Below are positions 36,055 to 48,982 of a stretch of 64,000 bases of DNA, one piece after another. Source of the DNA: Hemiscyllium ocellatum (Eukaryota); the NCBI RefSeq assembly GCF_020745735.1, contig NW_026867509.1:434001-498000 (forward strand). Reading direction: 5' to 3'. The notes beneath the pieces were generated by a model. That model was not told where the DNA came from. It did no database searches and saw nothing but the letters and a program-made list of their open reading frames with translations. Both the position numbers and the translations under genes were made by a program. Each line of letters begins with the position of its first letter. Position 1 is the first letter of the stretch.

Positions 36055-37219
36055 AATTTGTTGTTGGAGAATCTCTCAAAGTTCTGTTAAAAATTACGAG
36101 GAGACGCAAAATATCCCTCACGAAGCTAAACTTTAATTTGCAAAGAAAAGCTGTGGAAAAAAGTTAATTGCTACCTGATTGCCCACCAAGCCTTTGTCCC
36201 ACTGCAGTTTATAATGTTGTAGTTCACGCACCTCTCAGATAACATTAGTGCAACCAAGCGTACTTGCTTTGTATTTCTAAATTATTCATCGTCTGCCACA
36301 CTGGTTCCTATATTACACTTAATAAAGCACATTACCCCATCATCAGTTCCAGCATTAGCTCATCTATCAGTGATTTAACTAGCCCATCACAGTGCACTAG
36401 CATTATCTGTTACTGGAGCCCGGTAATATGATGCCGGGCATGCATTAGACCACTGAGTTAACAACATTAATGCCTTAGTAACTTCCATAGTCACCACGAT
36501 GTTTGCCTTTGAAATGGATTTCTTTTAAAAAATTGGACAAGTCAATGTTAAGAAAAAAATGCTGTTGAAGTCTGAAGCAGAAATGATGATCTCTAAAACA
36601 TGCCTTGGAATAAAGTCACTTTACGACTCTATTGTGATTGTGTAATAACACATTGAATCCATGCATCAACTTTGATAAGTTCAGTTTCGGTACAAAATTG
36701 AGTGGTGCAGACTTAGTGTTGCTAAGTTAATTTGAGGTAACCATAGTGGAACAGCAATCTCTCATTTGTGATTGTAAATGCTCAGCATTTGACGGATTCC
36801 ATTATCTATGTATCCATGTCAGAATTCCTGTTAGGACCCGACCCATTTAGCATAAAAATAATGAAGTCAAGAAAATTCTTTTTATATTCTTAAGGTATTC
36901 TGGACACGAGCAGCAACGTAATTTTGCATTAAGTAGGTTTACCAGTTTTCCTTTTCTATTGAGAAGGAAAGTTGAACATAGAACTTCACAGACACTCTTC
37001 AGCCATGGCTATGGTCTCCAGATACTGTTACTCGATTTGCACATCGGACACCTGTGGGCACAGACGAATAAAATATGAATTAGTAATGGGTACCATCGAA
37101 GTGAGTTTGTAAGTGAGCAATTATGTGTGTCTCTAAATTTCCTAGCTGTGATCATCATTCTTCACTCCAATGAAAAACGCTCGAACTCCCACAGCCCTGC
37201 TTAACGTGACATCTCAGGT

Positions 37220-37750
37220 TACAGCAGGATCTTGACCAGTTGGACGAATAGGCTCAGGAGTGGCAGATTAAGTTTACTTTAGGTAAATACAAGTAGCTTT
37301 ACTTTGGAAAATCAAATCAGAGCAGACTGGATCTGTTTTCACTAGATCGTCGGAGACAGAGGGGGAACCTTAAAGATGTTTATAAACTCAAGAAGGGCAT
37401 AGATGAGGTAAATATACAAAGTGCTTTGTTCCCTTGGGTGAGAGAGGCCAGAACTGGAGAGCTTATGTTTAGGGGGAGAAGGGAAAGATATAAATGGGAT
37501 CTAAGGTGCAACACTTGCATGCAGAGTGTGTGCAGAGGGTGGCGTGTGTATGGAATGAGCTGTCAGAGCAAGTGGTGGAGGCTGGTACAATTGCAGCATC
37601 TAAAAGGCATTTGGATGGGTATATGAATAGGAAGGTTCAGAGGAATATGGGCTAAGTGCTTGCAAATGGGACTAGATTAGTTTGGGATATCGGGAAGGCA
37701 CGGACGAGTTGGACTCAAAGGGTCTATTTCTGTGCTGTACATCTCTATGA
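37220..37750 (+). mobile_element. CR1-type LINE 3' fragment
   Basis: ORF 37426-37626 and flanks resemble the CR1 3' end at 32.7-33.1 kb. Confidence 0.8.
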
Positions 37751-37759
37751 CCCTCTGAC

Positions 37760-40440
37760 ATGCTCTATAATCCAGGCAGCATCCTGGTAGCTCTCCTCTA
37801 CATCATTTATAAAGCTTTCACATCTTTCGTACAATTAGGCAATCAGAGTTGACTACAATATTCGAAGTATGGTCCAGCCATGGCTCTGTAGAGCTGCAGC
37901 ATATCCACCCAGCTTTTTAGCTAAGTCCCCTGGCTAATGAAAGCCAACGCACTATGTGCCTTCCGAACAGAGAGTAGTGGAAGATGGAACGTATTTCGCT
38001 TCTAGCTTGGGTGGCAGATTTGAAAGATTTATGAATATGGATACCAAGATTCCTCTGCTCCTCCACGATGCTAAGAATCCGGCCTTTAAACCTGCGTTCC
38101 CCATTCAAATTCGAATTTCCAAATTGAATCATTTCACATGTTTGCACGTTGAACTCCATCTGCCAATTACTAACCCAGTTCTGCATCCTGTTGAAACCTT
38201 CAACTGCCCTCAACACTATCCAGAATTTCACCAACCTACATTTCATCGGCAAATTTACTAACCCATTCTTCGATTTCCTCCCCAAGTCATTTGTAAAAAT
38301 TACTAAGAACATAGGTCCCGGCACCGATCCCTATGGAACACCACTGGTCACCAAGTTCCAAGCTGAATACTTTCTATCCAGTGTTCTCTCTGTCTTTTGT
38401 GGGTCAGGCAATTCTGTGTCGAATCAGCCAGATTTCTAAATATCCCATGCCCACTTACTGTCTGAATGAGTCTGCTATGGGGAACCTTAACAAGCGCCTT
38501 ACTAAAATCCTCGTAAACCACATCCACTGTTCTACCTTCATCGACGTATTTTGTCACAGGCTCAAAAAAGTCAATCAGTTTTGTGAGGCATGACTTGTTA
38601 CTCACAAAGCCATGCGAGCAACCTTTAGTCAAACTTTGGTTTTCCAATGATCAATAATTCGTGTCTGTCAGATTGCATTCCAATTATTTGCTCACCACAG
38701 ACGTAAGACCGACTGGTCTGTAATTCCCAGGGTTATACCTCTTCCCTTCCTTGAACAAAGGAATATAGTTCATCACTGTCCAATCATCTGACATTCCTCC
38801 AGTGGACAGTGAAGTCACAAACATCAGCGCCAAAGGCACAGCAATCTCCTCCCTCTATTCCGGTCGTAACCAACGGCATATCTTGTCTGGCCCAGGGGAT
38901 TTATATATTCTTACGCTTTTCAAAATTTTCAGCAAATTCTCCTGCGTAATATCAACCTGTTCGAATACATCAATTTGTTTCACGCTGCCCTCAGAAAATT
39001 CAAAATCCCTCTGTATCGTGAATATTGATGCAAAGGCTTCGGTAAGTCCCTCGCTACTTCATTAAATTCCAGGCACAAGTTTCCTCCACTAACGCTATAC
39101 TGACTCTGCCCATCTTCTTGTTCCTTATATAAGCGTAGAATATCTTACTCCTATCCGCTAATGTTCATTCATGCCTCATTCTAGCTCTGCTAACTCCATT
39201 CTTCCGTTACTTCCTGGTTACCTTGCAAAAGTCTAAAGGCCATCAGATCCTTGTCTCCTCAAACTTAACAAAGTTTCCTTCTTCCTCTTGACTAGATATG
39301 CTGGGCCATTCCTGTCAGCAAGTGCTCCCAAACAATCTCGACTTTCCTCTCGTGCGTTTCCCTGAAAACATCTGCCTCCAATTTAGCGCCCCTGTTATTG
39401 CCTATAGCATCGTAATTCCCCCTCCTCCAAATAGATATTTGCCCATATCGCCTGGTCCAATCCTTCTGAAGGACCACAGTAAAGCTCAGGGATTTCTTTT
39501 TTATCACTATCACCAAAATGCTCTCCGATTGAGAGTTCTGATTCCCACCCACATGTCAATCTAAATTAAAACATCCCAAAGAGCTCAATGAAATCTCCTG
39601 CCGAGGGATTTGTACCCTTCCAATTCAAGTGCAACCAATTCTTGCTGTACATGTCGCAACTTCACCAAAACCAATGTGGCCTCCCCTCTAGTTGGTGTAT
39701 CTGCATATTGAGTCAGGAACACTTCCTGGACGCACCTGGTAAAAGCTGTTGTATCCACATTATTTGAACCAAGAAGGTTCCAATCAATATAGCAGAAGTT
39801 AAAATCACGCATAACAACAATCCTGTTACCTCTGCATCTTTCAATATCTATCCCCAGATCTGCTCCTTCATGTCTCTGTTGCTACTGGAGGGTCTGTAGG
39901 AAACACCAGATAAAGTGGCTGCTCCTTTTCTGTTTCTGACTTCCAACCTTACTGGCTCTGTAGACAAACTCTCCTCGACGCCCTCCATTTCTGCAACTGT
40001 GATACAATCACCGATTAGCAACACCACTCTTCCACCTTTTTTTGCTTATGCTCTAATCATTTTTAAACATTTAAACCCGGGAACACTCAACATCCATTCC
40101 TGCCCCTGTGATGTCCTAGCCTCCATAATGGACACAAGATCACTGTTTCAGGTATTGACCCCTACGTTAAGTTCATCACCCTTATTTCTGCTACGTTTTG
40201 CGTTAAGCTGGACACATTTTAACCCATGACACTGATGCAACTTTGCCTTATCAAGTGTGTATCCCTACTCACAGATTCTCTGCACGCTGTAACTGCAGTT
40301 CTCATCCAACTGCCAATCTGGATTAAAACCTCCCGGAGAGCTCTTGCAAACCACTTGCGCAGGGTATTGGTGCCCCTCCAGTCTGGGTGCAACCATCCTT
40401 CTTGGACATGTCCTACCTTCACCAGATAGTATCCCAATAA
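37760..40440 (-). mobile_element. Long degenerate CR1 LINE (endonuclease through RT)
   Basis: RDFNFCYIDW...FLTQYADTPTRGEATL (endonuclease), SHGFVSNKSCLTKLIDFFE...VDVVYEDFSKAL.KVPH (RT), FLVIFTNDL, WQMEFNV. Confidence 0.9.
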
Positions 40441-41660
40441 TTCACGTATCTAAGTCCCTACACGGACACTGCAGCCAAGAATTCATCAGCATTCACTCTC
40501 TCATCCTCGCCTCTCCAGCCCGTGGAGTGGTAGCACACCTGAGATTACTACTCTGTTCTTCCTGCCATCTAGCTTCCAACCTAGCTCCCTGTATTCACTT
40601 CTCATGCCCTTCATCGTTTTGTTAGCTGTGTCATTGGTACAGATGTGTGCCATGACTTGTGTGGTGCTCCTTCACCGTTTCTGAGGAGATTCGATTGGGA
40701 AATAGGAGGTAAGTCTCCAGAGAAGCTTTCTCCAATTTGAACGAGGACAAGAAATGAGTTGCAATAATTATCTCTGGGGTAATTGTCTTTGAATCAGCCA
40801 CGCAATATTACAAACTGCTACCCAGAGTGTTATCGAGGTTCAGTGAAACAACAAGAGATTCCCACCTCCACCCCTTCATACATTCGGATCTCTGATCTCC
40901 ATTGTGAATGGTCAATATATTCAAAAATTAGAAAGGCCAGTTTTTCCGAGGTCTCTTTCTGCGTGTGTTCAATTAAAATATTACTTTATAGCTGTTGTGT
41001 GTATTATTCATGACAAAACTCTTTGCAGGACAGACTCCAATATGAAACAGCAAAAACATGCAATATTACACGTCACTAGCCCAACGCAAAGTTTTACACT
41101 TCAAAGGACCAGGGCAAAGGACCAGGGTTAGAGTTGCTGAATGCCTCATTATTTTGTTGTACGCCAGAGAGTCGTCATTTCTCGGTTTCTTTCCGAATGA
41201 TGGCGGTAGAGTTGTGATCTCACTGGTAAGCGGACTTAGAAATGAGGCAGAATTGTGGATGAACTGTCGACCAAACGTTGTAATAATGAATGGCACAGCA
41301 ATTTTCAAGAGCCAAAAGACATACTACAAATTGCATGGTGCGTCAGGCGACTAACTCTCTGTTCGTATTGTCTGCAGAACAAAAGGATTCTCAGCTGATT
41401 ATATGTCACATGGTGTCTGTGCCAGATATGAACCAATCCTCACCCTATCCGGATATTACATCTTCACTATTTCGATTTAAAACTGTTCAGCTTCTGTTTC
41501 TTCTGTTCACACACTCAATTATCTATGAACTGATACAATTCAACTCTAGCTCTCTCTGCTTAAATCCACTATTCGCTCACAACCATGGCACTTCTTATTT
41601 ATTCATCATTCCTAACAGTAGCAGTTCTCTTAAGTGGTAAGTTGTCGAGTTGTAAAACGG

Positions 41661-42088
41661 ATGCGTCATGTGATTAGCAATATTCTCTTTATTTGTGTTT
41701 CACAGTGTTAAAATATATATTCTTAATTCGTAAATAGTTATTATAATCGTCATTTGAATTGTTTTTTCTAAATTTCTGTAGGTGTTAATTGTGCAGACCA
41801 TGTCTCACAAAAGTCGGTTACAGTAGCACAGCTCGAGGCAGATTCTGTGAGTATTCATTTCAGCTATACAATTACAGGTGCTCAATATTCCCTACAGTTG
41901 TACCGCCAAGATCCAGGTACACCTCCGATATTCTTGATCTACATCCCTACATATGGAGAGGTCGTGAGAGCGAAAGATATTGGTGATCGATTCTCTGCAT
42001 CTCTGGACACTTCAAACAAGGAGGGAAATTTCACCATCAGTAGTCTCCAACTGTCTGACAGCGCGGTGTATTACTGTGCGCTGAAAGA
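41661..42088 (+). CDS. TRAV/TRDV: TCR alpha/delta-type V segment, open frame but non-canonical (Cys23->Phe, Trp41->Leu); leader 41661-41706, V exon 41782-42088
   Basis: Leader MRHVISNILFICVSQ with T|GTTAAA donor and acceptor TCTGTAG. Exon VNCADHVSQKSVTVAQLEADSVSIHFSYTITGAQYSLQLYRQDPG...DRFSASLD...LSDSAVYYCALKD has no stop. Confidence 0.85.
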
Positions 42089-42127
42089 CACAGTGACTGG
42101 AAGTAGAGGGAGCCTCGTACATAAACA
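42089..42127 (+). other. 23-RSS: CACAGTG - 23 nt - ACATAAACA
   Basis: Perfect heptamer 42089-42095, spacer 42096-42118, nonamer 42119-42127. Confidence 0.92.
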
Positions 42128-45100
42128 CCGCTGCAATGGAATGACGTGCCAAGTATGGTTCGTACATTCGGGAGTAACATTTACTTCTAAATTTATACTG
42201 GATTTCACTGTATTCAAATGAGCCAAAGCAATTTACAAGGTGACAGCACTAGGGAAGTCATGCTGTCCTCATTTGATGTTGAACACATTTTGAATAAAAT
42301 GCAAGTACGTCAATAATGAATGTAAACTCTTCTGACAATTAAAGTCATTGTAAATACAATGATTGTCAAAAATAGTCTGATCAGTAAAGAAGGTGCATGC
42401 AACAGAATATAAGGCAACAATTACTCAATACTGCGGACATTGGAGGTGAAACAACCTTATCTGGTATGCATAGATTTATGAAAGCAATTTCATCAATACT
42501 TAAAACATATTTGCAATTCCGCCTTTCTCATCAGGCTATTTGACAATCTTCTGGGAGCCATTCGGGAACCTAATGTTCAATATTTATATATGACATCTTA
42601 ATTTTGTAGTTATATTGTTCCTTGCTTCGAACTTCATATCACTAACCATCTCGTTGCGCCTGCTAATGTTATGGAGACTTGGAATTAATATGAGTTTGTA
42701 TCTTGAATATGATGAGACTTGCAAACAGGATATTGCAATTATTAAATGTTTCACTGGACAGGTTCAGTTTTCGCTACAAAATGATATTTCAAATGAAAGC
42801 AATCAGTTCCTTTGCAGTATGATCTTTCTGAAACTGCCAAGCGAGGACATATCTCGTTATAGTCTACCAGAAGCATTTTCTTGCTTCATTCCAGTTGCAA
42901 CTTCACAGAAATTGCCAATAAAACAGCATACTTGAGCTCCACTATACAGTCAGTGATGGCATCAGTAACCGATTTGAAAATACCAAAAATATGTTTATGT
43001 GAACTATACTGAAGGTCTTTCCGTTCACGCATCTACTGAAACAACAATGTGCAACAGCCTGTAGCACACGGCCCTCGCCATGCAACAGCTGTGACACAGA
43101 ATCTTGCTGCTGTTATTGCACAAAGCTTTCGCTGGTTCCCCTCACTGTTCGGTTCCTTGCACAGTGATGGACCGTGGTGTCAGATAGCATCAGCTCCGAG
43201 ACGATCAATCAAAACAACGTGTCAGATTTCTGGGATAAATTCGTCTTAAATTCAGCACTGTAGCTTTCGAGTCTCAAGACTGAAAATTCGAGCAGCCTGC
43301 TCAGTTACTGATGGTACCAGAACAGGGAATAAACATTATTGGTGTTTGTGCAGCTTAAAGTGGAATTTTCTCCCTCTCTCTGTGTGAGTGTGCGCTCCCA
43401 ATGAGTAACGGAATCTCCATTGCTCAGATCTGGAACACAAGGTTAAAGAATGCGGACATATTTGATTTAACATACAGTTAGAAATGTTAACTTATGGCAA
43501 AAAATGTCGCATTCCATTTGCCGCAAAATTAAATAGGAATTCCAGCGTAAATAAAAAAAAACTCTGGATGCTGGAAACCTCAGATGTGAAGAAGGGTTAC
43601 TGGATCCGAAACTGCGAAAATTCTGTTTTACTTCCAAGATGATATCAAACATGTGGAGTTTTCTCAGCGCTTCCTATTTTCTTTTAACATAAAATCTACT
43701 TCAGAATAATTGAATCCAGTCAATAAGGGAATCCAGCTTCCCCCTTGGTCTAATTTTATTTGCATGTCCATCATTCATAATCTGTTTAAATGAGTCCCCC
43801 TTGATGATTTTATGGCCTGACTCCACTAAACCTGAATCCAGCGAGTTCTATGTGCGAAAGCAAAAGCAGAATTTCCTGAACATTTCTATTCGATCATATT
43901 TTTACATCTTAGACTATGACTCGTCGTTTTAAAGTCCTCATTCAGCTGAAACATTGCCTCTATGTTAAACTCGCCAAAAACTTTCAACAGTCTTATCCTT
44001 ATCAGAGAAACTAAGTGTCATACAACTGGATTTTACAATTCCAAAGCTATCATCCCTAATCACACATTTTTATGATTCGTTTCCCTTTGGTCTTGCTGCA
44101 AGACAGAGACAAAATTTGTTTCCAATTCCTCATGTGCAAAGGAACAAGTGTCTAATACTTACTGAAAATAGTTCTGATTTGGATCACACCGAGAAATAGA
44201 GAGATTGAACCCTTTTCTTAAGCGTATAATTACTTACCAAGAATGAATGTCGCTGAGATCATTGCATAAGTCGACGATGCTCTGTTTCCTGGGCACTTGT
44301 TTGTCACTCTGAAATTTACAGAATATCGATTAAGACAGAAAAAGAAAAACAAAATATTGGCTTAGATTAGTTTGATATCATTTGTTTCGGAGCTAGGAAC
44401 TGTTATCACTGACATTTGGTTGGCGATGTGTCGGTCTTCCTGAGAACAAACTCACATTCTGCTGATTAGATAAAATAAACCGATAATGGGTGAATACAGA
44501 CAGCCTGGGCTGTAATAAATCTGAAAGTCTTCTCTTTCATTTGATTTTATTTTTAACTCAAGAATTCGAGCTGCAATGTATATGAGATGTTTTGCTTATT
44601 TTATCCACAGTGATAAATCAGACTCAATTTGTCGTTGTGTTTGGCTTTGATTAATTATGCACCTGTGACGGACAAGGTATTTCCTTGTCACTTTCTGTAA
44701 GTGATTCATGGATGTGGAATTAATGGCATTGAGGGACCTGAAGCTCAAAAAGGAGACAACATCATGAGGCGGAAACAGCCAGTGAATTTGGCAAATCGAA
44801 ATGTCATGTTATATTTTTAATGGGAGCTGTAAATACTTGTCCAGGATTGCTCCTGCGAATAGAACACATGCCAGTATAAAGGAACATCATGAAGTCGAAT
44901 TGATGGTCGGTGGCTTGTTTTCAAGGTTGCAGTCAATCCTTTGAGCAAAAAATGATCAATTCATATGAACCAGGAGAAAGGGACAACGAGTTCATTTTTC
45001 CAATGAGCGGACAACAGGGTTTCATAGGAAGATTAAACCGATGTTCACATTTAATTGTTTTCTTTTTACAGTCAAAGAAAGAACACAGTTCATGTTACTC

Positions 45101-46810
45101 GAACATTAGACCTGGAGTCCCCGTTGACAAAGTTGATTTCTGAATATGACAGTTCCCTCCAGACCCTGCGGAGGGTCACTGGATCTGAGGGATTTGGGCT
45201 CAGTGAAGAGATGGATAAACAATTACATTCTTAATGGCTTAACGGTGGAGGGTTTTATTTTTCCAACATCTATTAGTAAGATACTTTGGAAATGAATTTG
45301 TTATACATTTACTTTGTGCCATTGCAAATGTAACTACTGTACTGATAAGTTTTTGTATAGTACCTGTAGAAGACGGCTCACTGTCACATTTTCAAGGACT
45401 TTTACCGCTGAATGGCCCCTTCTCTAGCGGCGCCAAAATGGCACAAAGGAACTTTAAATAGATATATAATAGAGTGTCTCTCCAGACATGAAGGAAATTG
45501 AGAAAGATAGCAGAGATACACATTAAGACAGCATTCAAAACCTGATGGAAATGAATGTACTCCTGTCAAAGTTACAGGTGACATAACACCAGGGTGAAGG
45601 CATGTGGGGAGAATGCACAATGCTTTTTACGAGAAGAGAACGATATATTGATTTTAGGACAGTAAGAAATCCTTGAACTGATCCATGGATTCTGCGATCT
45701 CACAAATGCTGTCACTCAGAAAAAGAAAACAAATAAAGATAGCTGTTATCGATAGGTTTTTGTGCATCATTTTAGAAACAATTGGACTGTGTACTTATTA
45801 GTAAAATGGGAGTCATGTCAAAGGGAACCCACTTCCTTCACATTTTATTAAGTTATGGTTTATTCTGATCATATCTGTGCATCACACTCGCGAAGTTTCA
45901 CATTCATCCATTTCTCTTCAAATATTTTCTCATGAATCTAGTCTTTGCAGAATAGTTTGCTGTATTTCTGCCAGTTATATTTGTGTCCAGCATTACTGTA
46001 GTTTTTCATTTATTGTCTAGCATCATCTCCGTGCACATTTCCAATTCTTTTCACTTCTGACTTCTTTATATTTGCACCTGCATATTTAATATTTTCGTTT
46101 TCATTCCGCCTAATATTTGTAATGTGGAGATGTGAATTCGTAACATTGATACTTCAAACTCAGCATTGTGGTCCTCCCCTTTGGTGTAAGTTTATGCTGA
46201 GATGATTTATGTGTTTGCAACACTGTGCATTAGTAGCACAGAGATATGTGCTGGTGTCACTAGGTTTGGCATCGCTCACATTCAATGTACTTTGCAGCCT
46301 TCACTGGTTGAGGAGGTGATACTTTGTGTTAATCAGCTTCCCTTGTGGCCGTCACATGATACTGGGGTCACTCATTGGGTAGCCAGTTGTACCAATGCAC
46401 CGTAATAAATGCCATCGTTGTGGAAGAGTTGGAGAATGTGGTTCTGGCTTCATTAACAATTGCCTCCGAGGAGGTGGCAGCACTTGAAATTCCACAATCA
46501 CTTCCGTGGAGTTCAGTGTGGGAAGCAACAAAAGGACTGTGTAAATTGGAAACATTACCAAATTACATGAAACATGGAATTAATAACTTGTCCAGAGAAG
46601 ATACTTTTCGGTCCAGGAGATAAATATTTAATGTTAACAAAAAAAATCTTCAAGACTCACTTCGAGCCAACTTCTTCTCGGAATTAAGGAAGTAGCCGTT
46701 ACTTTCCGTTTCCCTTTCAGTGCCAAATGTTTCACTCGAATATGTGCTTTCTGTCTGCAAGTACACTCTGGCTCCAGCCCTGCAAGTTCAATAATTAGCA
46801 CAGACACACA

Positions 46811-46824
46811 TTGCCCTCTAGTGG
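46811..46824 (-). promoter_or_regulatory. CTCF-motif match CCACTAGAGGGCAA
   Basis: 13/14 match to CCASYAGRKGGCRS. Motif only; no binding evidence. Confidence 0.5.
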
Positions 46825-48047
46825 AATTCCTGCAAGTTGATTTTTTTTCTCTCACCACGATGTCAAGGTGCCAGTGCTGTGCTGGAGTGGGCAAAATTAA
46901 ACTAACAAAATACAAGATTTTAGCCCAACAGGTTAATTTGAAAGTCAAATGTTATGATGTTATGAAAGGGATGTCATGATATTAGAAAAATTAATTAATC
47001 ATTTCGATAGAGAAACAGTCAAATCATTTCTTTTTTCTCTTATACTGTCTGTTTTTTCACTGAAGTGTAATAATAAAGTGTGCAATTGCCTAAAATCAAA
47101 CACGTTGACCAATCGAATTGCATCTGGAATGCAATGCCTTCCATTAAGCCTAAAATAAGACACGTTTAAGACAGGTGTCATCTTTTGAATATATTTTGAT
47201 GGGTTTTGATCTGGTGAATGACAATATATCTGTGCATGTTCATCGAATACTAATGTTTTTCCTTTTGTGTGTGCATATGCATATCTGTGTGTCTGTGTGT
47301 GTGTGTGCGTGTGTGTTTGTATCTGTGTTCATGTGTGCATGTCTTTGAATATGTTCGCTTTCATCTCTGCACGCAATGGAAGACACATTTGGCTTGAGGT
47401 AGAAGAAATTACAATGTCAAAGCATCGCACCTTGCTCTTGCCTTCTAATTTAAATGATACATAGTCACCATCTGCTGGTAAATTGAAGCTACGGCAAAAT
47501 ATGCATTTTTTTGGAAGGCATCACATTTCTTCGAAGGTTCGTCTTGCGAATAACTTATGAGATCCTTTGTAATCTTCGGGGTGTGTTTTGTCATTGAAAA
47601 TATTCGTTGTTTCAGAATGTCCTCAGATGGTCATGGATAAAAGACCTTTTGTGGCTGACGGTATCTCGAATAATGTTCCACGTTATGGAGTGTTTCTGAA
47701 GTGCAGTTGGTTTTATTTAGGAATTCGGGCATCTAGTTTTAGTATCAGAGATAAAGATACAAATACAAAATTGCCGCGAGATCTCCTATAACAGTCGAAG
47801 TTGAAATGATTAGAATGCAGCTGGATGATTGAAATTTCCGTACGTCAGAACGACGTGCTGTTCCTGGAGATATCCCAAAAGTAAAATAATGTATCAAAGA
47901 TCTTAGTGTTATGTAAAAGACCAGACCCCTCAGAACATTTCAAGCAAATAGCCCAGAACTTTACTTTGTTACATTTCTGAAGCAGGTGTCATATGAATTT
48001 TTCAAGAGTGATGTGGCTGGTCGGACCCCTTACTTCCAAAGAAAGCA

Positions 48048-48395
48048 ATAGACAATAGAGAATAGGTGCAGGAGTAGGCCATTCTGCCCTTCGAGCCTGC
48101 GCCACCATTCAATATGATCATGGCGGATCATCCTTAATCAGTATTCTGTTCCTGTCTTATCTCCATAACCCTTGATTCCACTATCCTTGAATGCTCTATC
48201 CAACTCTTTATTAAATGAATCCCGAGACTGGGCCTCCACTGCCCTCTGGGGCAGAGCATTCCACACAGCAACCACTCTCTGGGTGAAGAAGTTTCTCCTC
48301 ATCTCTGACCTAAATGGTCTGCCCCGTATTTTTAAGCTGTATTCTTTGGTTCGGCACTCACCCATCAGCGGAAACATGTTTCCTGTCTCCAGAGC
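48048..48395 (-). mobile_element. Short CR1 LINE 3' end, same subfamily as 709-1885
   Basis: ORF 48138-48377 MFPLMGECRTKEYSLKIRGRPFRSEMRRNFFTQRVV. ATAGACAATAG tail. Confidence 0.9.
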
Positions 48396-48899
48396 GTCTA
48401 ATGGAACAGAATGTATTTACAAGATTACGCAATGAAACTCAAACAAAAAAGAACAGAATTCGGAATAACATAAACTATCCGAAAATGCAATAGATTATGA
48501 TAAGTTAGTGATACTCTTCCCAATACTTGCAACAATCCACGCAAACATGTCTTGACAGAAAAGGTAAAACAAAACCCAGCATCAGAAAGAAAGACGTCAG
48601 AGAAAGAAGTTCTGCATGGAAATTCTTCATTGCATCCAGCAGCTTCACAACTGCTGTCTGTTTTCTTTGAATAACCAAACTGCCAGAAAATACAATCAAG
48701 CTATAGAAATGCTGAGCCGGGAGAACAGGCCACACGCCTTTCATTGCACAAATGTGTTTTTTTTTATTTAAACTTAGAAGCCTTTTGTCTGAGGCAGAAT
48801 CTGCTAATTATAATGAAATTGGCCCTAAAGCACATTCAACCCAGACATTTCTGAACTTATGTTTTCACAGTCTTCTGGAGAGGGGGGGGGGTGGGAGGG

Positions 48900-48913
48900 A
48901 GGGAGAGAGAGAG

Positions 48914-48980
<67 letters not shown>
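48900..48980. repeat. (GA)n microsatellite
   Basis: Long uninterrupted GA run. Confidence 0.95.

Positions 48981-48982
<2 letters not shown>

Noticed and set aside
41058-41354. ORF with SGLRNEAELWMNC...NG then CACAGCA, superficially Ig-lambda-like
   Set aside because: Poor nucleotide-level similarity, no WYQQ or YYC, and a 25-nt spacer to a weak nonamer. Likely chance.
43150-43190. Perfect CACAGTG heptamer
   Set aside because: No nonamer at 12 or 23 nt and no convincing V frame upstream.
44640-45143. Possible leader (stop-containing) and GCSQSFEQKM exon start
   Set aside because: No Cys, Trp or YYC motifs follow, so a V call is unsupported.
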